From Flavobacteriales bacterium (GTDB lineage Bacteria > Bacteroidota > Bacteroidia > Flavobacteriales > Weeksellaceae): a stretch of 64,000 bases of DNA. Position 1 is the stretch's first letter. Each line of letters begins with the position of its first letter. Shown piece after piece: positions 52,152 through 62,791 of the stretch. The position numbers and the translations under genes were made by a program. The stretch covers positions 14,062 to 78,061 of the forward strand of contig JBBSRZ010000001.1 in NCBI GenBank assembly GCA_038242555.1, read 5' to 3'. The notes under the pieces are model-generated. The model searched no databases, was not told where the DNA came from, and saw nothing but the letters and a program-made list of their open reading frames with translations.

Positions 52152-54536
52152 ATGAAATTTACGTTAAATATCATCGCAATTTTATTTGGATTGCTGCTGA
52201 CAAATGCTCAAACAACTTTTACGGTCAAAGGAAAAGTAATCGACTATCACGATAAAACTCCTTTAAAAAATGCTACGATTACTATAGGATCCTTGACTCA
52301 TCTTTCAGATGCTAAAGGCAATTTTACTTTTAAAGCCGTACAAAAAGGAACATACATGCTAATTGCAAAACATCCGGATTGTGAATCTTATTCAAACGAA
52401 CTGATCGTTAATAAAGACTTAGAAATTGGCTTACAACTAGAACATCACATCGAAGATATTGAAACGATTACGCTACATGGAACTCATAAAAACACTAATT
52501 CTCTAATTGTAAAATCTCTGGATCGAAATGAAATCGATCGAAATTCTACCGAGAATTTAGGGAATATATTATCCAGCATTTCTGGTGTCGGCGCGTTGAA
52601 AAGTGGAAATAATATTGCTAAACCAATTATTCACGGATTGTACGGAAGCAGAGTTCCAATTATTAATAATGGGGTGAAAATGGCCGAACAGGAATGGGGT
52701 GTGGAGCATGCGCCGAATATTGACGTTAATCAATTCGATCATGTCGATGTGATTAAAGGAGCGTCTGCTTTAAAGTATGGAAGCGACGCGATTGGTGGAG
52801 TAGTAGTTTTGGAACCGCAAATTTTTAAAAGAAGAGATACCATTCAGGGAAGTGCTAATCTTTCTGGAATTTCTAATGGTCAAGGACTTGGACTTGGAAT
52901 CAACTTATTAAAAACTTGGGAAGATGGTTGGGCCGTGAAAACCACGGGTGGCTTTAAGAAATTAGGCGATTTAAAAACGCCGAATTATAATTTGATGAAT
53001 ACGGGTTTACAAAATCAATCTTTTAGTTTTACCGTTCAAAACAATACTTTCTTGCAGGGAATTTCTTTTGATTACAGCGTGACTGATTCGGAAATCGGCA
53101 TTTACAGAGGTTCTGATTTAGGGAATTTAGAGGATTTTTATAAAGCATTGACTTCTGATATTCCTATTTATGAAAGAGACTTTTCTTACGCGATTAATAA
53201 TCCTAAACAGGATGTTCAGCATCATATTGCGAAGATTTCTGCTTTTAAGAGATTTGAAAATTTAGGAAAAGTTTCAGTTGATTATAACTTTCAATACAAT
53301 CACAGAAAAGAATACGATGTTAGAAGAGGTGAGCTCGCTCAAATTCCGTCTTTGGATTTAGAATTATTCACGAATCAATTTAATATCAATGATTTTATCG
53401 AGCGCCAGTACTGGAGTTTAGAAACCGGAATTGATTTAAAATACCAATTTAATTACTCGACTCCAGAAACGCAAGCCAGAAGATTGGTTCCAAATTATGA
53501 CCAATACGCAGGCGGAGTTTATTCTGTTTTTAAATATAAGTTGACTCCAAAATTAAATGCAGAAGCGGGATTAAGATATGATATTACGAAATACGAAGTT
53601 AAGAAGTGGTATGATTTAAGCGATTGGGAAAACGTTTACGCAGATCAGTTTCCGCAGTTTTATTTGAAGACCGATGGAAACCGTGTTTTTACCAAACCGA
53701 ATTTGACATTCAAAAATTTATCTTTTAATGCAGGAATAGATTATCGACCGTCAAATAATTTTGATGTGAAATTTAATTATGCGAAAGTTGGAAGAACTCC
53801 AAATATTGCTGAACTTTTTGCCGATGGACTGCATCATTCTGCAGCCATTATCGAAGTTGGAAATATGGGTATGAAGACCGAAGATGGAAATCAATTCAAT
53901 TTGAATATAGACGGAAAACTGAATATTTTAGACGGTTTAAGAATTACGGTAAATCCTTATTTATTTATTACTAAAAACTTTATTACGGAAATTCCGACTG
54001 GAATTCAGAATACAATTCGTGGTGTTTTTCCAGTGTGGTCTTATAAACAAATCGATGCAAAAATGTACGGTTTAGATGTTGATGCGCAGTTGAAACTGAA
54101 TTCAAACTTAGAATATCAGGGGAACTTCTCGTATATCAATGGGCAAGATCAAACCAACGATCAACCCTTAATAATGATGGTTCCGACCAATTTTGCCAAC
54201 AGTCTGGAGTATAAAAATGAAGACTGGAAAAATTTCTATTTTAAAGTTCAGCAACAAACGTTCTTACAGCAAAAGAGATTTCCTACTTATAACCCAACCA
54301 TCAATATTTTCGAAAATGGAGTAGAAGTTGAAAAAACTTTGGATCTTTCTACGCCGCCGCCGACTTATACTTTGTGGAGTGTGCAAACTGGTTTTGACTT
54401 TAATAAACATTTTACGGCCGGTTTAAATGTGACCAATCTTTTTGATACGAATTACAAAGATTATCTGAACAGAATGCGGTATTTCTCTTACGAAATGGGT
54501 CGTAATATTATTTTCAATATTAAATATAACTTCTAA
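52152..54536 (+). CDS. TonB-dependent receptor with N-terminal carboxypeptidase-like domain
   Basis: Signal peptide; plug motifs KPIIHGL...WGVEHAP, IKGASALKYGSDAIGG; NLFD...GRN...YNF C-terminus. Confidence 0.93.
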   Translation: MKFTLNIIAILFGLLLTNAQTTFTVKGKVIDYHDKTPLKNATITIGSLTHLSDAKGNFTFKAVQKGTYMLIAKHPDCESYSNELIVNKDLEIGLQLEHHIEDIETITLHGTHKNTNSLIVKSLDRNEIDRNSTENLGNILSSISGVGALKSGNNIAKPIIHGLYGSRVPIINNGVKMAEQEWGVEHAPNIDVNQFDHVDVIKGASALKYGSDAIGGVVVLEPQIFKRRDTIQGSANLSGISNGQGLGLGINLLKTWEDGWAVKTTGGFKKLGDLKTPNYNLMNTGLQNQSFSFTVQNNTFLQGISFDYSVTDSEIGIYRGSDLGNLEDFYKALTSDIPIYERDFSYAINNPKQDVQHHIAKISAFKRFENLGKVSVDYNFQYNHRKEYDVRRGELAQIPSLDLELFTNQFNINDFIERQYWSLETGIDLKYQFNYSTPETQARRLVPNYDQYAGGVYSVFKYKLTPKLNAEAGLRYDITKYEVKKWYDLSDWENVYADQFPQFYLKTDGNRVFTKPNLTFKNLSFNAGIDYRPSNNFDVKFNYAKVGRTPNIAELFADGLHHSAAIIEVGNMGMKTEDGNQFNLNIDGKLNILDGLRITVNPYLFITKNFITEIPTGIQNTIRGVFPVWSYKQIDAKMYGLDVDAQLKLNSNLEYQGNFSYINGQDQTNDQPLIMMVPTNFANSLEYKNEDWKNFYFKVQQQTFLQQKRFPTYNPTINIFENGVEVEKTLDLSTPPPTYTLWSVQTGFDFNKHFTAGLNVTNLFDTNYKDYLNRMRYFSYEMGRNIIFNIKYNF

Positions 54537-54548
54537 AATTCTTTAAAA

Positions 54549-55106
54549 ATGAAATCATTAATTCACCTAAAATATATCGTCTTTTTATTAATAAGCGTGT
54601 TTCTAATAAGTTGCAGCCGCGCCGATGAAGGTGATGACGTTCTTTCGCAAGAAGATATTTCAAATATTATTCTAAATGTTAAAGATGACGCAACGGGCAT
54701 AACTCAAACTTATAATTACACCGTTAATTCTACGACGAATCCAGACATCAAACTAACCGACGGAAAAACGTACACCGTAAAAACCGTTTTTCTGAATGGA
54801 AATGAAGATGAAACACAAAGCATTAAAGAAGCAAAAGATGAACATTTTCTATTATTCAATTTTCAAAATTCCAAAATTGATTTAGAAAGAATGGACGATG
54901 AATCTTCTGTCAGAAGCGATGGAAATAAAATTGGCTTAATAACAAAATGGAAAGTGGTCAAAGCCAAGAACGGAAATAATCCACAATTGGTTCTCACTTT
55001 AATTCATGATCCAGTCTCAGTTAATGAAACGAAGAGTGGAAGTGTATTCGGTTCTGTAATCGGTGGTGAAACCGATGCGATGGCAACTTATTCAATTTCC
55101 AATTAA
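54549..55106 (+). CDS. Lipoprotein accessory to the TonB receptor
   Basis: Lipobox LIS|C; DEH and LIHDP histidines. Confidence 0.8.
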   Translation: MKSLIHLKYIVFLLISVFLISCSRADEGDDVLSQEDISNIILNVKDDATGITQTYNYTVNSTTNPDIKLTDGKTYTVKTVFLNGNEDETQSIKEAKDEHFLLFNFQNSKIDLERMDDESSVRSDGNKIGLITKWKVVKAKNGNNPQLVLTLIHDPVSVNETKSGSVFGSVIGGETDAMATYSISN

Positions 55107-55212
55107 AACTCTATTAATCAAAATACAAAATGGATTTTTTTAGTTGAACCAACCTTAAAAATAATCAAAAAAAATTTCCTATTTTTGCAACCTAAATTTT
55201 CAATACATTACA

Positions 55213-56547
55213 ATGAACGTTACAGCGACCAACCACGATGAAGTAAGTGCGTTACTTACAGTTACATTAGATAAGTCAGATTATAAAGATAAAGTCGAAA
55301 AACAATTAATCAACTACGCAAAAAATGCGCAAGTTCCTGGATTTAGAAAAGGAAAAGTGCCATTGAGCATGGTGAGAAAGCAGTACGAGGCTGGAATCGC
55401 TTTTGAAGAAATCAACAAACAGGTTTCTGATGGATTGAATAATTACGTGAAAGAAAATAAACTGAGATTGGTGGGTCAGCCCGTTCCACAACCGGTTGAT
55501 GAATTAAATCACAACGCTGAGCAACTTTCAGTTGGTTTTGAAGTTGGTTACGAACCAGAATTCACCATCGATTTATCAAAATATGAAGCGCCGCATTATA
55601 AGGTAGAAGCATCTGATAAAGAAATTAATCAGAGCATCGAAAATATGCAAAAGCGTTTCGCAGAGCAAGTTCCACAAGACGCGATCGGTGACGATACTAC
55701 TGTATCTTTAGAAATTAGTCAAGTTGTCGAAGAAGGAGCAGAAGGCGAGCATAACCATGCGCCGAAAAATGTATCGATTGATGTTACTAAAGCAGAAGCT
55801 TTCAAATTGGTTAAAGATTTGAAAATGGATGAATCTGTGAAAGTTTCAAAAGCAGATTTAGAAGCAAATGAAGAATTAGCTACTGAATTAAGTTTCAGCA
55901 AAGAAGAATTAGAGCATTTACACCACGATCAAATCGAGGTTAAAGTAAAAGATTTCTTCGGATTGAACTTAGCAGAATTAAACCAGGAATTATTTGACAA
56001 AGTTTACGGCGAAGGAACCATCAGTTCTGAAGAAGAATTGAAGGAAAAAGTTAAAACTGAATTAGATGAGTATTTCCAGCAAAATGCAGATGTTCATTTT
56101 GTAAATAAAGTATTGGCTCAGATCAACGAGAAAGAAGAAGTTAAACTTCCGGAAACTTTTTTGGTTAAATGGTTAGTGTTCAGCAATGAAAACGTAACGA
56201 CTGAAGAGCAAGCGAGAGAGATTTTAGAAACAGAAAAAACTCAATTGAAATATCAAATTCTTGAAGGGAAATTGATGAATGATAACGAAATCAATTTAGA
56301 CTACGCTGATATTTTAGGTCAGGCAGAGCAGTTGGTTCGTAATCAATTGGCGATCTACGGAATTCACCATTTACCAGATGAAGAAGTTCAGAAATATGCG
56401 GTAGAAATGCTGAAAGATCAGGAGCAAGTTCGTCAGATTTCTTCTGAAGTTGGAATGGCTAAATTGAAAGATGTGATCTTAGAGAAAGCAACTAAAAAAG
56501 AAACCACCATTTCTCACGATGAGTTTTTGGAGGAATTGAAAAAATAA
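55213..56547 (+). CDS. tig: Trigger factor
   Basis: PGFRKGKVP ribosome-binding motif; TATTTTTG at 55180. Confidence 0.95.
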   Translation: MNVTATNHDEVSALLTVTLDKSDYKDKVEKQLINYAKNAQVPGFRKGKVPLSMVRKQYEAGIAFEEINKQVSDGLNNYVKENKLRLVGQPVPQPVDELNHNAEQLSVGFEVGYEPEFTIDLSKYEAPHYKVEASDKEINQSIENMQKRFAEQVPQDAIGDDTTVSLEISQVVEEGAEGEHNHAPKNVSIDVTKAEAFKLVKDLKMDESVKVSKADLEANEELATELSFSKEELEHLHHDQIEVKVKDFFGLNLAELNQELFDKVYGEGTISSEEELKEKVKTELDEYFQQNADVHFVNKVLAQINEKEEVKLPETFLVKWLVFSNENVTTEEQAREILETEKTQLKYQILEGKLMNDNEINLDYADILGQAEQLVRNQLAIYGIHHLPDEEVQKYAVEMLKDQEQVRQISSEVGMAKLKDVILEKATKKETTISHDEFLEELKK

Positions 56548-56566
56548 TTTTCTTTTCATAAATATT

Positions 56567-56600
56567 AAATCCGTCTCGTTTTATTACGAGGCGGATTTTT
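56567..56600 (+). terminator. Terminator after tig (TCCGTCTCGT family)
   Basis: aaatccgtctcgt-tttatt-acgaggcggattt plus T run. Confidence 0.8.
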
Positions 56601-56764
56601 TGGTTTTAAAGCATTTACTCATTTTGGAATATTTGGACATTGGAGTAATTGTTTAAAGGAAAGTCACTGTTTCATCTTATAGTTAAAACTTTCAGCAATA
56701 TTTTCGCAATTTAGGCACCGAGTTATTGAAATAATTTTTATTTTTATAGATCCAAAAAATTACT

Positions 56765-59700
56765 ATGAAGAAAATTTTATTAGGGTTCACCTTGTTCATG
56801 ATGACCTTGGGAACCACCTTCGCACAAAACATTCCGGTTGATCCCGCCGTAAGAACGGGCACGCTGTCCAACGGGATGAAATATTACATCAAAAAAAATA
56901 CGAAACCAGAAAAGAAAGTCGAATTTCGATTGGCGATCAATGTGGGTTCTATTTTAGAAGATGATAATCAAAGAGGACTTGCTCACTTTATGGAGCACAT
57001 GAATTTTAATGGGACGAAAAATTTCCCAGATAATAAACTCGTCGATTTTCTACAATCTATCGGAGTTAAATTTGGTCAGCATTTAAATGCCTACACCAGT
57101 TTTGACGAGACGGTTTATATGTTACCAGTTCCATTAGATAAACCAGGAAATCTTGATGCAGGATTAAAGGTGATGGAAGACTGGGCTTTTAACGCCACTT
57201 TAAGTGATGCAGAAATCAACAAAGAAAGAGGAGTTGTTTTAGAAGAACTTAGAATCGGTTTGGGTCCAGACAAAAGAATGATGGACGAATATTTACCGAA
57301 ATACCTTTACAAATCTCACTACGCAGTTCGTTTGCCGATCGGTAAAAAAGAAATTCTAGAAAACTTTAAACCAGATGTGATCAGAAAGTTTCATAAAGAT
57401 TGGTATCGACCGAACTTAATGGCTTTAGTCGTAGTTGGAGATGTTAATGTTGATGAGGTTGAAAAGAAGATTAAAGCCAACTTTAGTTCATACAAAAATC
57501 CAACGAGTGAAAGAGCAAGAAAAACTTTCGATTTACCGAATCACAAAGAAACATTGGTAGCGATCGAAAGCGATCCAGATGCTACGAATTCTCGTGTGCA
57601 GTTTATCATGAAAGATGCTGGCAAAGCAGAACCAGATGTTACCGTTCCACAATACAATGAAAGCATTGTTAAAAACTTGGCTGCAACAATGATCAATAAC
57701 CGTTTGATGGAAATGGTGAATTCAAACAATCCACCTTTTACTTATGGCGCAGTTTACCATGGAGGAACGTATGCTAGAGGAAAAGAAGCTTTTCAAGGAG
57801 TTGCTTTAACTCAAGATGGAAAACAATTAGATGGTTTGAAAGTTCTTTTAGAAGAAGTAGAGCGTGCTAGTAAATTTGGATTCACGCCTGTTGAATTAGA
57901 GAGAGCAAAAGCACAAGTTCTTTCTAATATGGAAAGAAGTTACAACAACCGAGATAAGACCGAAAGTGCAATGTTGGTGAACGAATATGTGCAGAGTTTC
58001 CTTGTGCACGAACCAATTCCAGGAATTGCTTGGGAATATGAGCAAACAAAAAAGTTTTTACCTTCTGTTGACTTAGCGAAAGTTAATAACATTGTTAAAA
58101 ATTATGTGAAAGACGATAGCCGCGTAATTATTATTACGGGTCCAGAGAAAGCGGGCTTGGCGCAATCAACTGAAAGTCAAGTGCTAAAAGTTTTGGATGA
58201 GGTGAAATTAGCGAAACTAACTGCTTACCAAGAAAAAGCAAATATTGCTAATTTGTTGAAACCCTTTAAATCAACAGGAAAAATTACAAAAACAGAAACA
58301 GATCCTAAATTAGGAACAACAACCTTAACGCTGAACAACGGTGCAAAAGTAACGTACAAGAAAACTGATTTCAAAGAAGATGAGATCGTATTTACCGCGA
58401 GAAGCTTGGGTGGAAGCTCTTTGGCTTCAGATGCAGACTACGTGAAAACACAATTTGTATTTCCTGCCTTGGCAGAAGCTGGAGTTAATGGATATTCTAA
58501 AACAGATATCACCAATTACTTAGCTGGCAAACAAGTTAGTGTAAATCCTTTCATGGGGAATTTAACTGAAGGAGTTAATGGTAGAACAACCAAAAAAGAT
58601 CTGGAAACTGCTATGGAATTAATTTACTCCTATTTTACAGGTTTAAATAATGATCCAGCCTCATTCACGGCTTACAAAGACAAACAGTCGGCAATGACCG
58701 CGAATCTTCTATCTAATCCGCAGTTTTATTTCTCTAATGAATATTCAAAATTCTTGCAACAGAACAATCCACGATTTACGAATATTGTTCCTTTAACAGA
58801 AGATTGGGCGAAGGCAGATTATAAAAAGGCCTACGACATTTATAAAGAAAGATTTGCGAATGCAGGGAACTTCCATTTCTACTTTGTCGGAAATTTCGAT
58901 GAAGCTAAATTGAAAGAATACGCAGCACAATACATCGGAAGCCTTCCATCAAAAGGAAAAGCGACTACGTTTAAAGACAATGGATATCGTGCAGTAACCG
59001 GAACTTTTGATAAAGTTTATAAAAAAGGGAAAGATCCAAAAAGTTTGGTGGTGATCAGTTATTCTGGTGAAGCGCCTTATAACGAAAAAGAAAGTTTAGC
59101 CTTAAATGCTCTAGGAGAAGTTGCAACAATTAAAGTAATTGAAAAACTTCGTGAAGAAGAAAGTGGAATTTACGGTGGTGGAGCACAAGGCGGAATGACC
59201 AAAGTTCCTTACGGAATGTACCAATTCAGTCTTCAGTTCCCATGTGGGCCAGAAAACGCTGACAAATTAACGAAAAGCGCAATTGCTGAACTTCAAAAGT
59301 TTATTGATAAAGGTCCGGATCAAAAGGATTTAGATAAATATAAAGAAGGAGAACTCAATGACGACAGAAGTAACTTAAAAGATAATTCTTATTGGATGTC
59401 GAACATCGCTAGTTATCAGTTACAAGGTGGTGACCGTTATGAGATCCTTAATTACGAAGCGAAATTAAAAGCACTTACCGTTAAAGATCTGCAGAACGTT
59501 GCGAAAAAGTATCTATCTAAAAATAGAATTGTAGCGACCTTAATGCCTGAAGATGGTTGGGAAGCCAACGTGAAAAAAGAAGATGCAACGCCCGCCGTGA
59601 AAGCATCGGTTACGCCACAACAAGTCATTGATATGTATGTTGCTGCTATTGGTGGTAAAGCAAAATTAGAAACCGTAAAATCTACTTCTTCTAATTCGAT

Positions 59701-60190
59701 CATGAAAATGGGTGAAATGGAAATTAAGACTTCTGAAAAGAAAATGGCTCCGAATAAAATGAAAGTTACACAGAATGTAATGGGGCAAGAATCAGTGACA
59801 ATTTTCGATGGTGAAAAAGGTTATGCATCTCAAGGTGGACAAAGAATGGATCTTCCTGCAGCGGCCACTGATAAAATGAAAGAAGCTAAATTGTTTCCTG
59901 CATTGTCAATGAAGGCAGCAGATTATAAATCGGTTGAAAAAGTAACTGAAAATGGGAAAGACTTTTATGTACTTTCTGGTGAAGAAGGCAAGAGTTTCTT
60001 CGACACAAAAACAGGATTGCTCATGAAATCTACTTCGCCACAAGGAGATACCACTATTACAGAATATATGACGGTAGACGGAATTAAAGTTCCTAAAGCA
60101 ATGAGTATTTCTGCAAATGGTCAAAACATCGAAATGATGGTGACGGATTTTGTCTTGAATAAAGATGTTTCAGCTGCTGATTTTAAATAA
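56765..60190 (+). CDS. M16 family zinc protease (PqqL-like) with extra C-terminal domain
   Basis: Signal peptide; HFMEH inverted zinc motif, NAYTSFDETVY, ERGVVLEE, LREEESGIY. Confidence 0.92.
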   Translation: MKKILLGFTLFMMTLGTTFAQNIPVDPAVRTGTLSNGMKYYIKKNTKPEKKVEFRLAINVGSILEDDNQRGLAHFMEHMNFNGTKNFPDNKLVDFLQSIGVKFGQHLNAYTSFDETVYMLPVPLDKPGNLDAGLKVMEDWAFNATLSDAEINKERGVVLEELRIGLGPDKRMMDEYLPKYLYKSHYAVRLPIGKKEILENFKPDVIRKFHKDWYRPNLMALVVVGDVNVDEVEKKIKANFSSYKNPTSERARKTFDLPNHKETLVAIESDPDATNSRVQFIMKDAGKAEPDVTVPQYNESIVKNLAATMINNRLMEMVNSNNPPFTYGAVYHGGTYARGKEAFQGVALTQDGKQLDGLKVLLEEVERASKFGFTPVELERAKAQVLSNMERSYNNRDKTESAMLVNEYVQSFLVHEPIPGIAWEYEQTKKFLPSVDLAKVNNIVKNYVKDDSRVIIITGPEKAGLAQSTESQVLKVLDEVKLAKLTAYQEKANIANLLKPFKSTGKITKTETDPKLGTTTLTLNNGAKVTYKKTDFKEDEIVFTARSLGGSSLASDADYVKTQFVFPALAEAGVNGYSKTDITNYLAGKQVSVNPFMGNLTEGVNGRTTKKDLETAMELIYSYFTGLNNDPASFTAYKDKQSAMTANLLSNPQFYFSNEYSKFLQQNNPRFTNIVPLTEDWAKADYKKAYDIYKERFANAGNFHFYFVGNFDEAKLKEYAAQYIGSLPSKGKATTFKDNGYRAVTGTFDKVYKKGKDPKSLVVISYSGEAPYNEKESLALNALGEVATIKVIEKLREEESGIYGGGAQGGMTKVPYGMYQFSLQFPCGPENADKLTKSAIAELQKFIDKGPDQKDLDKYKEGELNDDRSNLKDNSYWMSNIASYQLQGGDRYEILNYEAKLKALTVKDLQNVAKKYLSKNRIVATLMPEDGWEANVKKEDATPAVKASVTPQQVIDMYVAAIGGKAKLETVKSTSSNSIMKMGEMEIKTSEKKMAPNKMKVTQNVMGQESVTIFDGEKGYASQGGQRMDLPAAATDKMKEAKLFPALSMKAADYKSVEKVTENGKDFYVLSGEEGKSFFDTKTGLLMKSTSPQGDTTITEYMTVDGIKVPKAMSISANGQNIEMMVTDFVLNKDVSAADFK

Positions 60191-60208
60191 GACAGTAACT
60201 TTTAAAAG

Positions 60209-60242
60209 AAAATCCGTCTCGTAATTCTACGAGACGGATTTT
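60209..60242. terminator. Bidirectional terminator (TCCGTCTCGT family)
   Basis: aaaatccgtctcgta-attc-tacgagacggatttt. Confidence 0.85.
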
Positions 60243-60265
60243 TATTTTGTTTGAACTAAAATTTT

Positions 60266-60910
60266 TTAATAATTAAAAGAAGCAATATTTTTATTTTCAA
60301 TTAAATACACTTCTAATTTTTCTAATTGTTTATTCGTTACATGTAAGTCTAGCGTCACGAGTAGCACCTCACCTCTCTTCTCAAAGGCGATTTGGTAGGC
60401 AACCTTAGTTATCTTCTTAATGTCGGCTAGAATGGCTTTCTTTAAAGCGAAAGAATCTTCAGCGATGGCAAACTTTAATATTTTATTGTGATGATAAGCG
60501 AGAAAGTGCTTAGTCAAAAGTTTAGAAATATAAATAATCAGTAACGCTGCGATTAAAAAAGTAAACGCAATATAGATTTCTCCAAACCCGATCGACATTC
60601 CAATTGCCGCTGCAATCCAGATAATCCCAGCCGTGGTTAATCCATAAACACTAAAACCTTCTTTAAAAATAACTCCAGCGCCAAGAAATCCAATACCGCT
60701 AACGATGTAAGATGCAATTCTGGTGGGATCGCCCGTTCCGGATAATTTGTAGGATAAAATTGAAAACAGCGTAGAACCTAAACAAATAATCGTGATGGTT
60801 TTTAAACCAGCCGATTTGTCTTTCATTTCCCGTTCGAAACCCAAGATTAATCCGGCAATCAGAGAAATGAGCGCTTTGTAAATATCTAAGAGTTCAAAAT
60901 GTTCTGACAT
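60266..60910 (-). CDS. MgtC/SapB family protein
   Basis: GFERE...AGLKT, DPTRIA...GIGFLGAG, GLTTA. Confidence 0.92.
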   Translation of the reverse strand: MSEHFELLDIYKALISLIAGLILGFEREMKDKSAGLKTITIICLGSTLFSILSYKLSGTGDPTRIASYIVSGIGFLGAGVIFKEGFSVYGLTTAGIIWIAAAIGMSIGFGEIYIAFTFLIAALLIIYISKLLTKHFLAYHHNKILKFAIAEDSFALKKAILADIKKITKVAYQIAFEKRGEVLLVTLDLHVTNKQLEKLEVYLIENKNIASFNY

Positions 60911-60935
60911 TTTTTATTTAAAGATAAATAATTTT

Positions 60936-61520
60936 CTAGGAACCGTATTCGATTTTCCATTCGTCGGCAGCGTCACACAAAGTCTTGTAAAATTCTTCGC
61001 CGTACTTTCTGATCAGCGGCGTCTTTACAAATTTGTATATAGGAACTTTTAATTCTCGTCCTAAAATACAAGCATCACTACAGATTTCCCATTTGTGGTA
61101 ATTGAGCGCAGTAAACGTTCTGTATTCATCGACACGAATAGGATAGAGGTGACAAGAAATCGGTTTTTGCCAGCCGACCGCGCCATCTTCATAAGCCTTT
61201 TCAATACCGCATTTTGTAATTCCTTTATCATCAAAAATCACATAAGCACATTCTTTACCTTCCACCATTGGAGTCACAAAATCATTGTCACTCGGATCAA
61301 TCGCCCACGTTCCTTGCCTTTCAATTGCTTCAACACCTTCTTTTCTTAAGTAAGGTTTTACTTGCTCATATATGCGGTCCAGGATTTCTATTTCATTTTT
61401 ATCTAAAGGTGCTCCAACGTCACCTTCTACGCAGCACGCGCCTTTGCATTTGCTGAGATTACACACAAATTCTTCAGAAAAGATATCTTCAGAAATTAAT
61501 TTATCGTCGATTTGAATCAT
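60936..61520 (-). CDS. DUF3109 family Cys-rich protein
   Basis: FVCNLSKCKGACCVEGD, KPISCHLYP. Confidence 0.88.
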   Translation of the reverse strand: MIQIDDKLISEDIFSEEFVCNLSKCKGACCVEGDVGAPLDKNEIEILDRIYEQVKPYLRKEGVEAIERQGTWAIDPSDNDFVTPMVEGKECAYVIFDDKGITKCGIEKAYEDGAVGWQKPISCHLYPIRVDEYRTFTALNYHKWEICSDACILGRELKVPIYKFVKTPLIRKYGEEFYKTLCDAADEWKIEYGS

Positions 61521-61522
61521 TT

Positions 61523-62428
61523 TTAATAAAATTTAAAATAAGTAGAGAGTTTAAAAAGAACCAGTGAAATTATAATCATCCATAAGCCAACTTCTTGCAG
61601 CCAATATTTTTTAGAAAACCTGAGCATTCTGCTGAGAATAACAGAGGTTGGTAAAGCCAATAAAAGTAAATATTCAAAAGTTTTTCCCATATAAAGAACA
61701 ATTGTAATTAATTGCGCAAAAGAAAAAACGAGTAAAAAAGTATATTTGAATCTGCTGCTCGGACTTTTTTTATTAAAGTTTCGAAAGTGATCCATCACCG
61801 CATGAATTAGTAATAATAAAATCGGAATCAACCATAAGATATTATCATAGTGTGTTTCCAGTTTAAATCCGGAAAATGGAAAGTACGCCGGATTCCAAGA
61901 ATTCATATGCAGGAAATAAGCGATTCCAAAATAAGAAAGCGCAATCAGCAACATTCCAAAGAACAACCGAAACAGGTGCAATCCGATCCGATCTGAAGTT
62001 CCGAAAATATGAAAGATCACGAAAATGGACATTGGCCAGGTCGTCGGTAAAAAGATAAAATTAAAGGCTAAAATAGAACCTACTAAAATATAAGAAAAAT
62101 TACGGATTGAAATATTATCATTGGTTAGAAGTAAAAGTATGATCGAATTTGTAAAAAGGGAAACGGCAATTCCGATATCTAAATCTCCTGGATATAGAGC
62201 AAATATTAACGCCGTGTATAAGAATAGTGGTAAATGGGTCTGATAATTGAGTGCAATCGCATTAAAACAGAAATATCCGAGTGCTACTCCAGCGAAGGTA
62301 ATTGCCGCAGAAACAAGCTCTAACGTGTTGAAGTCTAGGAAATTAAAACTAATTACAATTAAAAGAAGAATGCCGATATAAACTGGAACTGAAAAAATAT
62401 TGCTTTCTTTTGAAAGTAATCGAAACAT
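61523..62428 (-). CDS. Multi-pass membrane protein (DUF6427-like)
   Basis: About 10 TM helices; tightly coupled to the DUF3109 gene. Confidence 0.7.
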   Translation of the reverse strand: MFRLLSKESNIFSVPVYIGILLLIVISFNFLDFNTLELVSAAITFAGVALGYFCFNAIALNYQTHLPLFLYTALIFALYPGDLDIGIAVSLFTNSIILLLLTNDNISIRNFSYILVGSILAFNFIFLPTTWPMSIFVIFHIFGTSDRIGLHLFRLFFGMLLIALSYFGIAYFLHMNSWNPAYFPFSGFKLETHYDNILWLIPILLLLIHAVMDHFRNFNKKSPSSRFKYTFLLVFSFAQLITIVLYMGKTFEYLLLLALPTSVILSRMLRFSKKYWLQEVGLWMIIISLVLFKLSTYFKFY

Positions 62429-62470
62429 TTTTTATAAATTTGTACAAAGTTAATTTAAAAAAGGAAAATA

Positions 62471-62704
62471 ATGACGTCTTTCTTCTTATTCTTAAGTGAT
62501 GTGTTCAAATGGACTTTCGGGTTTTTTGATGCTGCAGGTAATGTGCTCAACTGGATTTTATTCTTGGTTGTCGTCGCTTTATTTTGCTATTGGTGCTACA
62601 TTTTGTTTGCTACTTTAGGAGGTAACAAAGACAAAGAATATTATTCTCCAACAGAAGGAAAATATCCTTATTATGATCCAAAAATCTACAAGAAAGAACA
62701 GTAA
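62471..62704 (+). CDS. Small membrane protein (DUF6341-like)
   Basis: 77 aa, single TM (NWILF...YW); TAAATTTG upstream. Confidence 0.7.
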   Translation: MTSFFLFLSDVFKWTFGFFDAAGNVLNWILFLVVVALFCYWCYILFATLGGNKDKEYYSPTEGKYPYYDPKIYKKEQ

Positions 62705-62729
62705 ATAATTGATACCAGATTTACAATAC

Positions 62730-62759
62730 AAATCCCGAAATTAAAAAATTTCGGGATTT
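62730..62759. terminator. Bidirectional terminator
   Basis: aaatcccgaaatt-aaaa-aatttcgggattt. Confidence 0.75.
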
Positions 62760-62791
62760 ATTATTTTTAAGAGTTTTATTCTAGTAAATTT

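Noticed and set aside
56713-56728. sigma54 motif upstream of the M16 protease (AGGCACCGAGTTATTG)
   Set aside because: The -12 TTG is out of register, and sigma54 spacing is strict.
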